58,106 nucleotides of DNA from IMG/VR virus record IMGVR_UViG_3300030329_004093, positions 1 to 58,106 of that record; one strand, given 5' to 3'. This document shows, piece by piece, positions 9,802 to 19,614 of the stretch (position 1 is the first letter of the stretch; every line of letters begins with the position of its first letter). Both the position numbers and the translations under genes were made by a program. The notes under the pieces are model-generated. The model was not told the origin of the DNA. It searched no databases and was given only the letters and a program-made list of their open reading frames with translations. The DNA comes from a virus. Taxonomy: Duplodnaviria; Caudoviricetes.

Positions 9802-11379
9802 TTACAGCCAGATAGCATGAGATTCAGGCATTGACCATTCCATCCCAGCTTCTGTTAAGATTAAGTCTACTCTTCTGTCGACCCCAGAGTTTTCAAGTGT
9901 TTGTACACCAACGTAGATTGAAGTATCTCTATCAAGACCATTTCCAACTAAAGGTCTATAAGCAACATTCTTCATATTAACACCAAGTATTTTAACATTT
10001 GTTCCATCTAAGTGGATATTTCTAGCAACATTCAAATCACCATAAGGTGTAGAGAAAGTACTAATATCAACGCCAAATACTTTTTTCTTACCAGTCATAG
10101 CTAAGTCAGCTCTAAATTGAGAAGAAACTTCAAGATTATTCTTAAAGTATCCACCTAATTTATGTAGCCAATTATATACAGCTGTATTTACGAAAAATAC
10201 ATTAGCATTTCCGTTGTTATATCTTGGGTCTAAGAAATTAGACATATCATCCAAGAAATCATCGGAAGTTTTAGTAGCTGTATCCAAACTAAATTGGTTA
10301 CCATAACTTGTAATGAAATCAACAGCACCTTGTGTTGTATTATAAGTTGCACTTTGTGAACCAAACAATAAAGAAGCCTCAATATCCCATTTATGTTCAA
10401 TTAGCTTTTCTTTCCAAATACGTGCCCACTCGTTACCTTCATATTTTAATGAAGTTGCGCGAGCTGTATTTGTCATAGCCATTGAAGTTTTCCAGATTTG
10501 AGTATTTCCATATTGAGTACTATATGGTTGGTCTTTCCATGTTTCGGGATAACCTTCACCTTCACCATGAGCAGAACCAACAACATAAGAACGATTAGCC
10601 TCTAGTTCACCTGAAATGCTTCTATCAGATACTTGCTCATCATCAGATGTAGCAGTTCCAACACCACCAGCAGAAGGTGTATCGTTATAGAATGATGCAT
10701 ATTCAGGAGCAGCACTATCAAACTTAACAATAGTTCCTGATAATTTAACACATTCTTTTGCTGAGCCACCACCAGCTACTTTTGATAAACTATCTACCAC
10801 ACTTTCTACTTTTAAAATGTGATATCCTGAAGTACCAGTTGATGTTGGTAGAGCTTTACCAGGTATTTTAACTAATTGACCAGGTAAAAAGAATGCTGGT
10901 CTTGTACCTGCGTCACCAACATCTATTTTAACACCTGCAGCATTGTTATTGTATATGTTTTGAATATTGCCTGATGATAGGTAATCTGTAGACATAAATA
11001 CAGAAACTTGGTCACCTACAGCAGCTATAGCTCCAGATGAGTCATCTTTAACGATTTCTGAATTATTAAATGTTTCTACACCATTAGCTACATGCCCTAT
11101 CACATAAGCATATCTTTTATGCCACGAATGCCTTTTTTCAGTAAATTTGAAAGTAGGGTCATTTGTGGGCTTTTTTCCAACTTTGTTTATGAAACGAAAA
11201 AATGGGTCTTGCGCAATTGCAAGTTCTGAAACTCTGTCACCAAACGCATACTTACGTCTTAAGTCACCAGTATTCGGATTATTCGTTGAATCACCAGCTC
11301 CTCTAGACAATACGCCTCCAGTGTCTAAGGCAGTTCCCGCACCCAATTCGCTCAATTGAACGTAATCATTTAAAGCCAT
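9802..11379 (-). CDS. Major capsid protein (HK97 fold)
   Basis: 525 aa after portal and scaffold; NTQIWKT...KLIEHKWDIEASLLFG, TPYGDLNV, YRPL, LILTEAG motifs typical of crAss-like/N4-like MCPs. Confidence 0.85.
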   Translation of the reverse strand: MALNDYVQLSELGAGTALDTGGVLSRGAGDSTNNPNTGDLRRKYAFGDRVSELAIAQDPFFRFINKVGKKPTNDPTFKFTEKRHSWHKRYAYVIGHVANGVETFNNSEIVKDDSSGAIAAVGDQVSVFMSTDYLSSGNIQNIYNNNAAGVKIDVGDAGTRPAFFLPGQLVKIPGKALPTSTGTSGYHILKVESVVDSLSKVAGGGSAKECVKLSGTIVKFDSAAPEYASFYNDTPSAGGVGTATSDDEQVSDRSISGELEANRSYVVGSAHGEGEGYPETWKDQPYSTQYGNTQIWKTSMAMTNTARATSLKYEGNEWARIWKEKLIEHKWDIEASLLFGSQSATYNTTQGAVDFITSYGNQFSLDTATKTSDDFLDDMSNFLDPRYNNGNANVFFVNTAVYNWLHKLGGYFKNNLEVSSQFRADLAMTGKKKVFGVDISTFSTPYGDLNVARNIHLDGTNVKILGVNMKNVAYRPLVGNGLDRDTSIYVGVQTLENSGVDRRVDLILTEAGMEWSMPESHAIWL

Positions 11380-11438
11380 TTCTAACTCCTTTTTGGGTTA
11401 TATTAAATTAATAGAGTTAAAAAGCTATAATTATAAAA

Positions 11439-12332
11439 TTAATCAGAACCTAATAACTCTTCTATATTTCCATCTGAATTAAGAAGTGTGTCAAATATTT
11501 CATCGCTAGGATTTTTAGAAACTTCTCCTGCGTTATTTGAAGCACCTTGGCTAGTAGGTATGTCTCTAACATTTTTCATTTGATTGAGCATATCTTGTTT
11601 AGTAGAATTAGCAACATTTTGTGCTGCTTGACCCTTGTTAATAATTAACCACATATCATCGAAATTCATGCCTTCATTTTGAAATTTACTCTGAGCTTTA
11701 GCAACAAAATCATTAAATTGCTCTTCAGATAAATTATTGTTTCGCATAAATTCAGCAGCTTGCTTATTTAAAGAATTTTTATATTCTTCCTCTGCATTCT
11801 GCCTTTCCATATTACTTAACATTTGGCCTGTTCTTTGTTGAACAATGTTATCTACCATACTATTAAAAACTTTTCTAGACTCTCCTTTTGAATTATTTAT
11901 CATATCATCTGCATCAAATTCAAAGTTTTCATCTAGATTAAGTTGCTTTTTAATATCATCAGATACTTCTCCACCTTTTTCAAAATAGTTTCTGACATGA
12001 TTTACTAAGCCATTATCTTTCTTCATTGCGTCTAACACAGGGACAAAAGGTTTCAACTCATTAAGTTGGGCTTTTAAATTCTGTGCTTCACGACTTGAAT
12101 CGCTATACCTCTTCCTCATATTCTCTAATTCAGAGTTCTGCGAGATGTCAGCCTTTGCCTCTACATTGCCAGCGTCCCTTGTGGGAGTTACTGATGTTTT
12201 AGCCTCTGGCGAATCACCCTCTGCAACCATTCCATTAACAGAATCGTCCAGAGCCGAAAAGAAATCATCACTATTGGAGCCAACTACATTATCTTGAACT
12301 GTACTTGGGTTACCTTGTGTATCATCTTTCAT
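11439..12332 (-). CDS. Capsid scaffolding protein
   Basis: Acidic, coiled-coil, KRYSDSSREA motif, between portal and MCP. Confidence 0.7.
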   Translation of the reverse strand: MKDDTQGNPSTVQDNVVGSNSDDFFSALDDSVNGMVAEGDSPEAKTSVTPTRDAGNVEAKADISQNSELENMRKRYSDSSREAQNLKAQLNELKPFVPVLDAMKKDNGLVNHVRNYFEKGGEVSDDIKKQLNLDENFEFDADDMINNSKGESRKVFNSMVDNIVQQRTGQMLSNMERQNAEEEYKNSLNKQAAEFMRNNNLSEEQFNDFVAKAQSKFQNEGMNFDDMWLIINKGQAAQNVANSTKQDMLNQMKNVRDIPTSQGASNNAGEVSKNPSDEIFDTLLNSDGNIEELLGSD

Positions 12333-12355
12333 ATTATTTCTCCTTTATATTGCTT

Positions 12356-12363
12356 GTAATATA
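12356..12363 (-). promoter_or_regulatory. Candidate late promoter motif TATATTAC
   Basis: Same 8-mer upstream of minus-strand genes at 17860-17867 and 49201-49208. Confidence 0.4.
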
Positions 12364-12365
12364 TA

Positions 12366-14654
12366 TTAATTATTATTTAATTGCAAATTCTTTTCAAATT
12401 CTTTTTGTTTATCATCACTTCTTTTGATTTTATATTTAGAATCTTGGTCCATTGCATTCCTTAAATTTCTCTGCATTGCCTTGGTTTCAAGTTCATCTTT
12501 ATAAATAGAAGCTTTAGAATCTTGAACTTTTTTATTTACTTCAACATTACCTTGCATAATTTTATTTTTAATACCTGCTTGTACTAATTGTCTCTCTAAT
12601 GTTTCAATAGTACCAGCTTGGTCTTTAATTTTTTCTTCTTGAGAAGATAGTTGATTTTGAAGTTGCGAATACAGAGATTTTCTTTGAACAATTTTATCTT
12701 TATTTTTAATATCTGTTTCAGCAAGTACTGCTATATCATCTACAACATTAAGTTGCATCAATTGTTTTAATTCTTCTAGATAAGCCCATCTATTTACAGG
12801 TAAAGTAGAACCAGCAACTATTTTAACATCAAATTTAGACGATTCATAATCTCTCCATTTACCTACAGCTTCACCAAAATCATTATATATTGGAACATTG
12901 ATTTCAACTCTTTTATCTTCTTGTATTGCATTTGGTTGAACAATTCTAAATACTTTATGTGCGGTATATATAGCTTGAGAATATTGTTTAACTACTTCAC
13001 CTACTTGTCGTAATCCTGGTTCAATGCAATGTTTTAACCAATATTTAATTCTTCTAGTTCCGTATTCATCCATTGCTAGCATACCTTTGTAAGGCATATC
13101 TTTACTTGCTCCAGTATCTCCCATTTGAGATGAAAATATACCAGCTAAATATTCCATATCTTGTTTGCCAGTTTGTGTCAAACTAAAAAATGCATTATTT
13201 AACTGAAAAGGTTGGACAGGAGTAGGGGGATTATATCCCTGTCTCATTGGAAGCAAAGCTCCAGGAGCACTTGAATATTTTTCCCAATAATCTGTATCTA
13301 CACTACCTTCTTCGTACATCCACCTTAAAGAACTACCAAGAGATGCATTATGTATCATCAATTGGTGAGCTTTATTCATTTCCCGTTGTTTGCCTATTAA
13401 AGGGGATACAGCACTCATAGGAAATGGAGTACCTGTCCATTTATAATGAAACGGTATTATAGGATATTCAGTAATAGGTAACCATTTTTCATAAATAGTT
13501 TTATCTCCTATAACACAACATTGTTTAATCCTATTTTCATAAAATTTAATAGCATCTACTATTTTATTCTGCAAATCAGGATTTTTCATCATTATTTTAA
13601 ATTCTTTTTCAGATATAATTTTATTTTCAACCTTAGAAGCTTCTTCTTGTAATCTATTTTCAATTTCAATAGCGAAAGATTGTAATTGTTGTTCCATCAT
13701 TTCTTGTTCTTTTTGCAATTCAAGTTGCATTCTTTCTGGTAGCATTTCTCCTGCTTTAACAGCTGCTTCCATTTGAATTTTCTTTTCTTTCATAGATACA
13801 GCCATTTCTTGCTGCATTTTCTTAATTTGGATTTGAGCTTCTTGTTTTATTTTAGCTAAAGTTTTTGCATCTGGTGGTACTTGATAAAAAACATTCATAT
13901 AAGCTATTTTCTCTTTTTCATACAATTCAAAAAATTCAATTAATTCATTATCTTTATCTGACCATAATGAATTATTATTAATCATTTCTTTATATCCAAA
14001 ATCGTGTTGGTCTCCATCTATAGACTTTTCACTGTAATTTTCATATCTATTCTCATTAGAGGATGCTGCCATGATTGCTTTTTTGCTGTCAGGGAACAAT
14101 TGAACTAGGTGTCCTTTGGGGAGTATTTTTCGGATTAGAATATAGGCAGCATCTCTAAATAATATATCTCTTGATTTATTGTCTACAAATACATCGAATG
14201 GTTCTGGTTGCTGTATAACTACTTCTCCCATTCCTCTATCTGCATCATGGTCTACTGTAACCATTAAATAACCTAATGATTTAGTTACAGCATCATTAAC
14301 AGCATTTGAAAATAATGTATCGCCCTCAGAGTTGTGCCATATATAATCAGATATATCTGAAAATACAGAAGCAACATCACTATCACTACCTTCCGCTCCA
14401 ACAGCTTGCCATCTAGGTGTTTTTGCTGTTGCATAAAAATTTAACATTTCTACTACAGGTATAATTCTATTTATAGTAAAGGTTGGCATTCCTTGTTCTT
14501 CAAGTAAAGTTTTTTCTTCTTGACTTAATTGATTATCATTAGCAAAATCAAAACCTTTTTGGTTAATATACTCCCACTGAACTCTATTATTAGTTTTAGA
14601 ATATTCAAATATTTGCTTTACTTTTTCAGCTGTTTTATCTTTTCTTTTTGCCAT
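12366..14654 (-). CDS. Portal protein
   Basis: 762 aa downstream of TerL; P22-like portal motifs (DFANDNQL...INRIIP, YPIIPF, LIGKQREMNK, FDVKIVAGST). Confidence 0.85.
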   Translation of the reverse strand: MAKRKDKTAEKVKQIFEYSKTNNRVQWEYINQKGFDFANDNQLSQEEKTLLEEQGMPTFTINRIIPVVEMLNFYATAKTPRWQAVGAEGSDSDVASVFSDISDYIWHNSEGDTLFSNAVNDAVTKSLGYLMVTVDHDADRGMGEVVIQQPEPFDVFVDNKSRDILFRDAAYILIRKILPKGHLVQLFPDSKKAIMAASSNENRYENYSEKSIDGDQHDFGYKEMINNNSLWSDKDNELIEFFELYEKEKIAYMNVFYQVPPDAKTLAKIKQEAQIQIKKMQQEMAVSMKEKKIQMEAAVKAGEMLPERMQLELQKEQEMMEQQLQSFAIEIENRLQEEASKVENKIISEKEFKIMMKNPDLQNKIVDAIKFYENRIKQCCVIGDKTIYEKWLPITEYPIIPFHYKWTGTPFPMSAVSPLIGKQREMNKAHQLMIHNASLGSSLRWMYEEGSVDTDYWEKYSSAPGALLPMRQGYNPPTPVQPFQLNNAFFSLTQTGKQDMEYLAGIFSSQMGDTGASKDMPYKGMLAMDEYGTRRIKYWLKHCIEPGLRQVGEVVKQYSQAIYTAHKVFRIVQPNAIQEDKRVEINVPIYNDFGEAVGKWRDYESSKFDVKIVAGSTLPVNRWAYLEELKQLMQLNVVDDIAVLAETDIKNKDKIVQRKSLYSQLQNQLSSQEEKIKDQAGTIETLERQLVQAGIKNKIMQGNVEVNKKVQDSKASIYKDELETKAMQRNLRNAMDQDSKYKIKRSDDKQKEFEKNLQLNNN

Positions 14655-14669
14655 TATATAACCTTTATT

Positions 14670-15005
14670 TTATTTGTATGGTTTCCAAAACTTATCTTTA
14701 GTTCCAATCATAGGCCAATCATCTGGAATTCTACCTTCACCTTTAGGAGTTCCTAAAACTTGAGCTATACCTTCATCTAATTGTTGTTTAATTAATCCAA
14801 GTTGAGTCATAGTTGCTTCTAAAGCACCAGGTAAAGGTTCAGCTTTTTGTTCTGGAGTTTGATGCAGTTTATGTCCTTCTGGATACTCAATATAACCAAG
14901 AGAATCTCTTTCTATTCCAGCATATTCGTCAACTCCTGGAAACTGATACTTTCTTTGTTGCTCTCTTTGACTTTGTTTTAATCTTTCTTTAATCCATTCC
15001 CACAT
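14670..15005 (-). CDS. Hypothetical protein
   Basis: ORF with SD AAGGAG between TerL and portal. Confidence 0.55.
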   Translation of the reverse strand: MWEWIKERLKQSQREQQRKYQFPGVDEYAGIERDSLGYIEYPEGHKLHQTPEQKAEPLPGALEATMTQLGLIKQQLDEGIAQVLGTPKGEGRIPDDWPMIGTKDKFWKPYK

Positions 15006-15015
15006 AATATTCTCC

Positions 15016-16581
15016 TTAAGCTATGACCCAAGATTTGGCTTGAGGTCTATGTTTAAAAAATCTTTTATCTTTCTTTTCTTCATGAACACCTATAGGAGGA
15101 TTAGCATATTTACATGCATAAGCCAATGCATCTATAGTATCATCATGTCCCATACGAGGACCAAAAGTTGTTATTTCATGCTCTAAATCATAATCATTTT
15201 TCCTTAAATGAATCTGACCTATAGCAAATCTTTGTGCAAGTATCTCTTGTATTCTATCTCTTTTACTCATTCTTGTTCCAGGTTTTTCTTCTTTAAATCG
15301 AACTGTAAAATCATTTCTCCTTCTAGTTTCAGCTCTTAAAGTTTGAAATATAGGTTTACTCATAGTAGTATCTTCTACTACGTATAAACTGGGATGATAC
15401 ATTTTTGAATACTCAAACATATAGTCTACTATCCCTTTATTTCTTTCTCCTGGAATTCCAAGTACTGGAATACCTCTTTTTCTTATATAGTCAATAATAT
15501 AAATATTATTATCAGAATCAACTCCTATAATCATTATAACACTATAGTCTGCATCTCTTCTTTGACTATCTGTAGCTGGGTCTACCCCAGCAAAAATATT
15601 GACAGGTTTATGTTCTCCATCTATTACTATAAATGATATATCAGTTTCTTCATCATATTTATATTTACCCTCATGATACCTTATATGGTCTCTAGTAAAT
15701 ATAGAATCATCAGCAGACTGAACTTCCATCATATATTCTTGGTAAAATTTATATGGTTGACCTGAATCTGCGTAGAACTTCTTTTTACGCTCCATTTCTT
15801 TTTTACCGAACCAGCTATTCCATAGCATGGTCCCATCATCCATTATAGCTTTCTTAAGAACAACATCCCAAGAAAATTCTTCACCTTCCTTAACAGATTT
15901 CTCATAATTGACGATGAGATTATTAATGAAACTATCATAGTGAACAGGTGTACCATTAATTCTAAGCCTACCAGTAGCAGGTTCCAAAGCAGGGAACACA
16001 ACAGCAGTAATAAGGTTCGAGTTTTTTGCTCGTGCTTCTGGGGTAATGGTATTATTCTCGTCCTCAAAGTCATCAAGTATTACCAAATCATATCTTTTAT
16101 GCAGTTTTGCACCACCTCTAATACCTGAGATGTTTGATTTCGAAATAAGTTTACACCCATTTGTTGTCTCTACGTCTGTTTCTGTCCATTTTGTACCTTT
16201 TAAACTACCGAAATAATACAAAATTCTTTCATTAAATTCCAAATGATATTTAATATAATCCATATTACCAGTTGCAAGTTTAGCAGTTGCAGATACCCAT
16301 CCATAAAATAGTGGTTCTTTTGTAAAACAAAAAGATTGCAGTATATCACATTTAGTAAGAACTGTTTTTCCATGCCCTCTAGGTAGTATAATAGCTACCT
16401 GTCTTTTATCTTTATTTGTAATATTATCGGCAATTTCATAATGAAACGGAGGAGTTTCAGACCTGAGGAAGTCATCTTGCAGGAATAATTTTCCGAAAGC
16501 AATTAAATCCTTTGAGGCTAATTGAAGTGCCTCCTCCTGTTTCGATAATTGTTTAGGTGAGTATTTATTAATATTTGCCAC
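15016..16581 (-). CDS. terL: Terminase large subunit
   Basis: Walker A PRGHGKT, Walker B LVILDDFE, GTP coupling motif, RNase H nuclease GVDPA...DYS and HDDTIDALAY. Confidence 0.93.
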   Translation of the reverse strand: MANINKYSPKQLSKQEEALQLASKDLIAFGKLFLQDDFLRSETPPFHYEIADNITNKDKRQVAIILPRGHGKTVLTKCDILQSFCFTKEPLFYGWVSATAKLATGNMDYIKYHLEFNERILYYFGSLKGTKWTETDVETTNGCKLISKSNISGIRGGAKLHKRYDLVILDDFEDENNTITPEARAKNSNLITAVVFPALEPATGRLRINGTPVHYDSFINNLIVNYEKSVKEGEEFSWDVVLKKAIMDDGTMLWNSWFGKKEMERKKKFYADSGQPYKFYQEYMMEVQSADDSIFTRDHIRYHEGKYKYDEETDISFIVIDGEHKPVNIFAGVDPATDSQRRDADYSVIMIIGVDSDNNIYIIDYIRKRGIPVLGIPGERNKGIVDYMFEYSKMYHPSLYVVEDTTMSKPIFQTLRAETRRRNDFTVRFKEEKPGTRMSKRDRIQEILAQRFAIGQIHLRKNDYDLEHEITTFGPRMGHDDTIDALAYACKYANPPIGVHEEKKDKRFFKHRPQAKSWVIA

Positions 16582-16705
16582 GTTTCCTTGTTTTCGGCTT
16601 AGTGGATTTTTTGGTTATTCTCTTTCCTGTTCTCTTAGCATACGCTTTAGCTGCAGCTTTACCCTTCTTTGAATAGCTGAACTTTTTTCCTCCTACTTTC
16701 GGCAT
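16568..16705 (-). CDS. Small highly basic protein (45 aa)
   Basis: Manual translation MPKVGGKKFSYSKKGKAAAKAYAKRTGKRITKKSTKPKTRKRGKY; SD GGAG, TAATG coupling. Confidence 0.6.
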   Translation of the reverse strand: MPKVGGKKFSYSKKGKAAAKAYAKRTGKRITKKSTKPKTRKRGKY

Positions 16706-16905
16706 TATACTTTCTCCTTCTTTGGTTCTAAGTCATCTAAAGTTATTATATCATCATAACTAATCATATTTTCCTCCTTTACATGTTTTTTATAACATTC
16801 TTCTATCTTAGGATTAGAATTTAATAATTTAATCCATTCCTCTAGTGGTATCTGTTCTGATAACCACATATCTAAATATTCCTTAGGTGTTACTTTATTT
16901 CCCAT
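16705..16905 (-). CDS. Hypothetical protein
   Basis: Probable start MGNKVTPKEY at 16905; also has an internal strong SD before MISYDD. Confidence 0.45.
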   Translation of the reverse strand: MGNKVTPKEYLDMWLSEQIPLEEWIKLLNSNPKIEECYKKHVKEENMISYDDIITLDDLEPKKEKV

Positions 16906-17620
16906 TAATTTTCTTAGGCCTTTCGGCAGCTTCAATCATATCATCTGTTAATCCTTGAAACTGAACTCCAGTAATCTGCTGAACCTTAGCTGAATTCTTA
17001 TCTTCTAAGTCAAGTATATCAGATAGTTTAAATAGAGCTTTAAGTTTAGTATCATCTTTCTCAGCAGTTTGAGCTACTATTTTAATATTTTCTAATACCA
17101 TTTTTTCACTTATTTCTAACTCTTCTAGTATAGGTTTTAATTCTTCTTTCACAGCAGTCTTAATCCTTTCTGTTTTAATTAAATTAACAGCTTTCATCCT
17201 AGCGTATCGTTTATTATTAGTAGGAAAAGCCTTAACATATGCATCCTCAGGGGATAAACCTTGTGATATATAAGTAACAAACAACTCCTCATTAGCTGTC
17301 ATATTCCTTCTGTTAGCTACTACTTGTTCAGGAGTAGAATTACCTCCAAACGAGTATATATTAGTTCTTCTATCTGTATCCATATAAGTATCTTTTGAGA
17401 CCGTAAAAGTACCAGTACATGTACCTATATAGGCCATATCTCCGTTCTTTCTAAGCATAGTACCTTTACGAAGTATCTGTATAATAGACTCATCATCTGC
17501 AAGTACCCAATCTCCTATATTGCCTTTTCTCCAGTCCTCTACGACTTTAATAGAAGGAGGTACTTCAGATAGAGTTTCATATACAATGTGATTAACTCTA
17601 TTTACCTTGTAAGTTCTCAC
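16895..17620 (-). CDS. Putative terminase small subunit
   Basis: C-terminal half has HTH-like AYVKAFP and helical LKALFKLSDIL segment typical of TerS; upstream of TerL. Confidence 0.55.
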   Translation of the reverse strand: MRTYKVNRVNHIVYETLSEVPPSIKVVEDWRKGNIGDWVLADDESIIQILRKGTMLRKNGDMAYIGTCTGTFTVSKDTYMDTDRRTNIYSFGGNSTPEQVVANRRNMTANEELFVTYISQGLSPEDAYVKAFPTNNKRYARMKAVNLIKTERIKTAVKEELKPILEELEISEKMVLENIKIVAQTAEKDDTKLKALFKLSDILDLEDKNSAKVQQITGVQFQGLTDDMIEAAERPKKINGK

Positions 17621-17856
17621 TAAGATTCTCCAACTTCATATAAGTCACCTAATAGCTTTATATCTTCATCATCCCAATAATCAGCCAAATAATCAAAGTT
17701 AGAATCTAGTGGGAGTGCTTCTCCAACTTCATCTATAACCTCAACTATATATTCAACTGTATCACTATCAGGATTGACAGCTATTTCAAGTGTATATATA
17801 AGAGTACCTTTCTTTAGTTTCTTACGTTCTTTTTTAAGTTTATCTGATTTAATCAT
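17620..17856 (-). CDS. Hypothetical protein, first gene of late operon
   Basis: 78-aa ORF, basic N-terminus and acidic C-terminus; no SD; TATATTAC 3 nt upstream. Confidence 0.5.
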   Translation of the reverse strand: MIKSDKLKKERKKLKKGTLIYTLEIAVNPDSDTVEYIVEVIDEVGEALPLDSNFDYLADYWDDEDIKLLGDLYEVGES

Positions 17857-17859
17857 GTA

Positions 17860-18300
17860 GTAATATAAGAAATGTGAATCAATTTCCCAAAAAAAATTGA
17901 TGAACTCGTATCAAAAGGGCGTAGGTTCCCCCTGATAAAAAAAATTAATTTTAAATTTCACTTAAGCCAGTACTCTAAGACCCATACCTAAGCTTATATT
18001 AAAACAATTTGTGGAACTATCGGGGACAAACCTGAACTCTATTTGAGGGGCTACCCAACTTCTGAACCTCGAAGCAGAACCATTGCAGGGGTACTTAAAG
18101 GCTGATAAATTATAAATATTACAACTTGTTCCGCATCAAATTTACTGTAGCTTAATTTAAAAACCAAATAAAAAAGGTTAACTTTCAAAAATTTGTACAA
18201 AATAATATACACACCAATTATACTTTTAAGGCCACCCAATTTCCCTTTTTTTATATGGGAATTGCGTTATAATTCATTTCAATTAGGAATAGAAAGGACG
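17860..18300. promoter_or_regulatory. Divergent control region between late (minus) and early (plus) blocks
   Basis: Strand switch; AT-rich tracts; TATAAT at ~18267; hairpin CAATTTCCC...GGGAATTG at ~18237-18265. Confidence 0.55.
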
Positions 18301-18304
18301 ACAT

Positions 18305-18646
18305 ATGTCAGATTACATCGCACTTAAACTTGAGAAGAGAGAGTGGACTTCCAAGACAACAGGTGCTTCAGGTTCCACTTATTGCTTCAACAACCAGAAC
18401 AACTCTACTATTAATTTTGGTGGTCATAGCGTATCATTGAGCATACTTGACGGTACTACTCAACAAGCCAAAGAGCCAAAAGTATTTGGTTGGGTTAATG
18501 AGATGACTGATGCACAGTATGAGGCATTTATAGAAGAATATGGTGACACAGTATATATTCATACACCAACAAAAGAAATGATTACTCAACAAGAGTATGA
18601 TGAACTTGGAGTTGAAGAAACTGTACAACCAACAGCATCATTTTAG
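18305..18646 (+). CDS. Hypothetical early protein
   Basis: 113 aa, SD AAAGGA; first plus-strand gene. Confidence 0.6.
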   Translation: MSDYIALKLEKREWTSKTTGASGSTYCFNNQNNSTINFGGHSVSLSILDGTTQQAKEPKVFGWVNEMTDAQYEAFIEEYGDTVYIHTPTKEMITQQEYDELGVEETVQPTASF

Positions 18647-18822
18647 TTAGATGAGCCATACATTGTCATAGGTAGCAGGTGATAGAGTTACCGTTATGTA
18701 TCATCTTTGAGGGTTTAGATAGTGTATTTCCACGCTATCTATTCCCTCGCATACTCTACTATATATATAAATAAACAGCCCCTAAACAAGGGCATATTTA
18801 AAAGAATTAGATGTAAACAATT

Positions 18823-19590
18823 ATGTGGTGGTATCGCATCGCATATAAAACACAAGGATAAGTGTAGTAATACATAAAAGTAGCAACATGTTACAGTGTT
18901 GTAGCGCCTGTAAAGGTCCAGAGATACAAGCCTTGTTCGTTAATGTCTCAAACTCAGTGCCTAACGGTGAGAGTGACAGATGTTAGTACCCAAGATGGTA
19001 ATTGGGTTGAGTGTGGTGACACACAATAGATTAAAAGGTAGGAGTTTAAGCTGAACTATGGTGGTAAGGCTGTTCTCCATTGTTAAGGTTGTATGTCTCG
19101 AGTGATTGAGATGTATATAATTATGCCTGAAACAAATTGTTTGATGATACCAGTCATTAAATAAAGGTATTGAGTGTAGTATTTATTGTCCCAAAAGGAT
19201 AGTAAGCTACTTGTTAAGCACTCGAACCAACTTGCCCGTTAATTAACTTAACTAAATAGCCTAATCGGCTAACAATTAAATGAATAACGATAAAAAACGT
19301 AAAAGACTTAACACGATTAGGAGCATAGGGCTCTAATACCTCACACATTGTGAATGAGGTGCATCAAAGACCACAAGTCGGAGATGTTTTGTGATGAAAG
19401 ACACTAGTAGTGGGTCGCTCCTGCTATCTGCGTTTATTAGTCGCTGAAATAACCTAATCGATAAGAGTGATAGTCTATAACTATTGAGCCTGTTGTGATA
19501 CTAGTGTGCAAACATTAGTGGATACGAGACAAACCCTCGGGAACTTAACTCAAAAGACACAACATTAAAGAGTATAATCTCAACTCTCAA
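18823..19590 (+). ncRNA. GOLLD-like large structured RNA (boundaries approximate)
   Basis: ~770 nt ORF-free with many hairpins. GAGTGTAGTATTTATTGTCCCAAAAGGATAGTAAGCTAC...GCACTC and the 3' end TACTAGTGTGCAAACATTAGTGGATA...AAAGAGTATAATCTCAACTCT resemble my recollection of the conserved GOLLD 3' domain; phage location near a tRNA fits. Confidence 0.65.
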
Positions 19591-19614
19591 ATTTATTTAA
19601 AAGGAGGGAATGCA

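Noticed and set aside
15016-16581. Intein or group I intron in TerL, portal or MCP
   Set aside because: Normal lengths, continuous motifs, no intein or homing-endonuclease signatures
18051-18239. 62-aa minus-strand ORF in the divergent region
   Set aside because: TTG start, no SD, low-complexity AT tract; more likely regulatory DNA
18823-19590. Group I/II intron or unannotated coding region
   Set aside because: It does not interrupt a gene, shows no intron-encoded ORF or recognisable domain V, and has no ORF of 60 aa or more in the track
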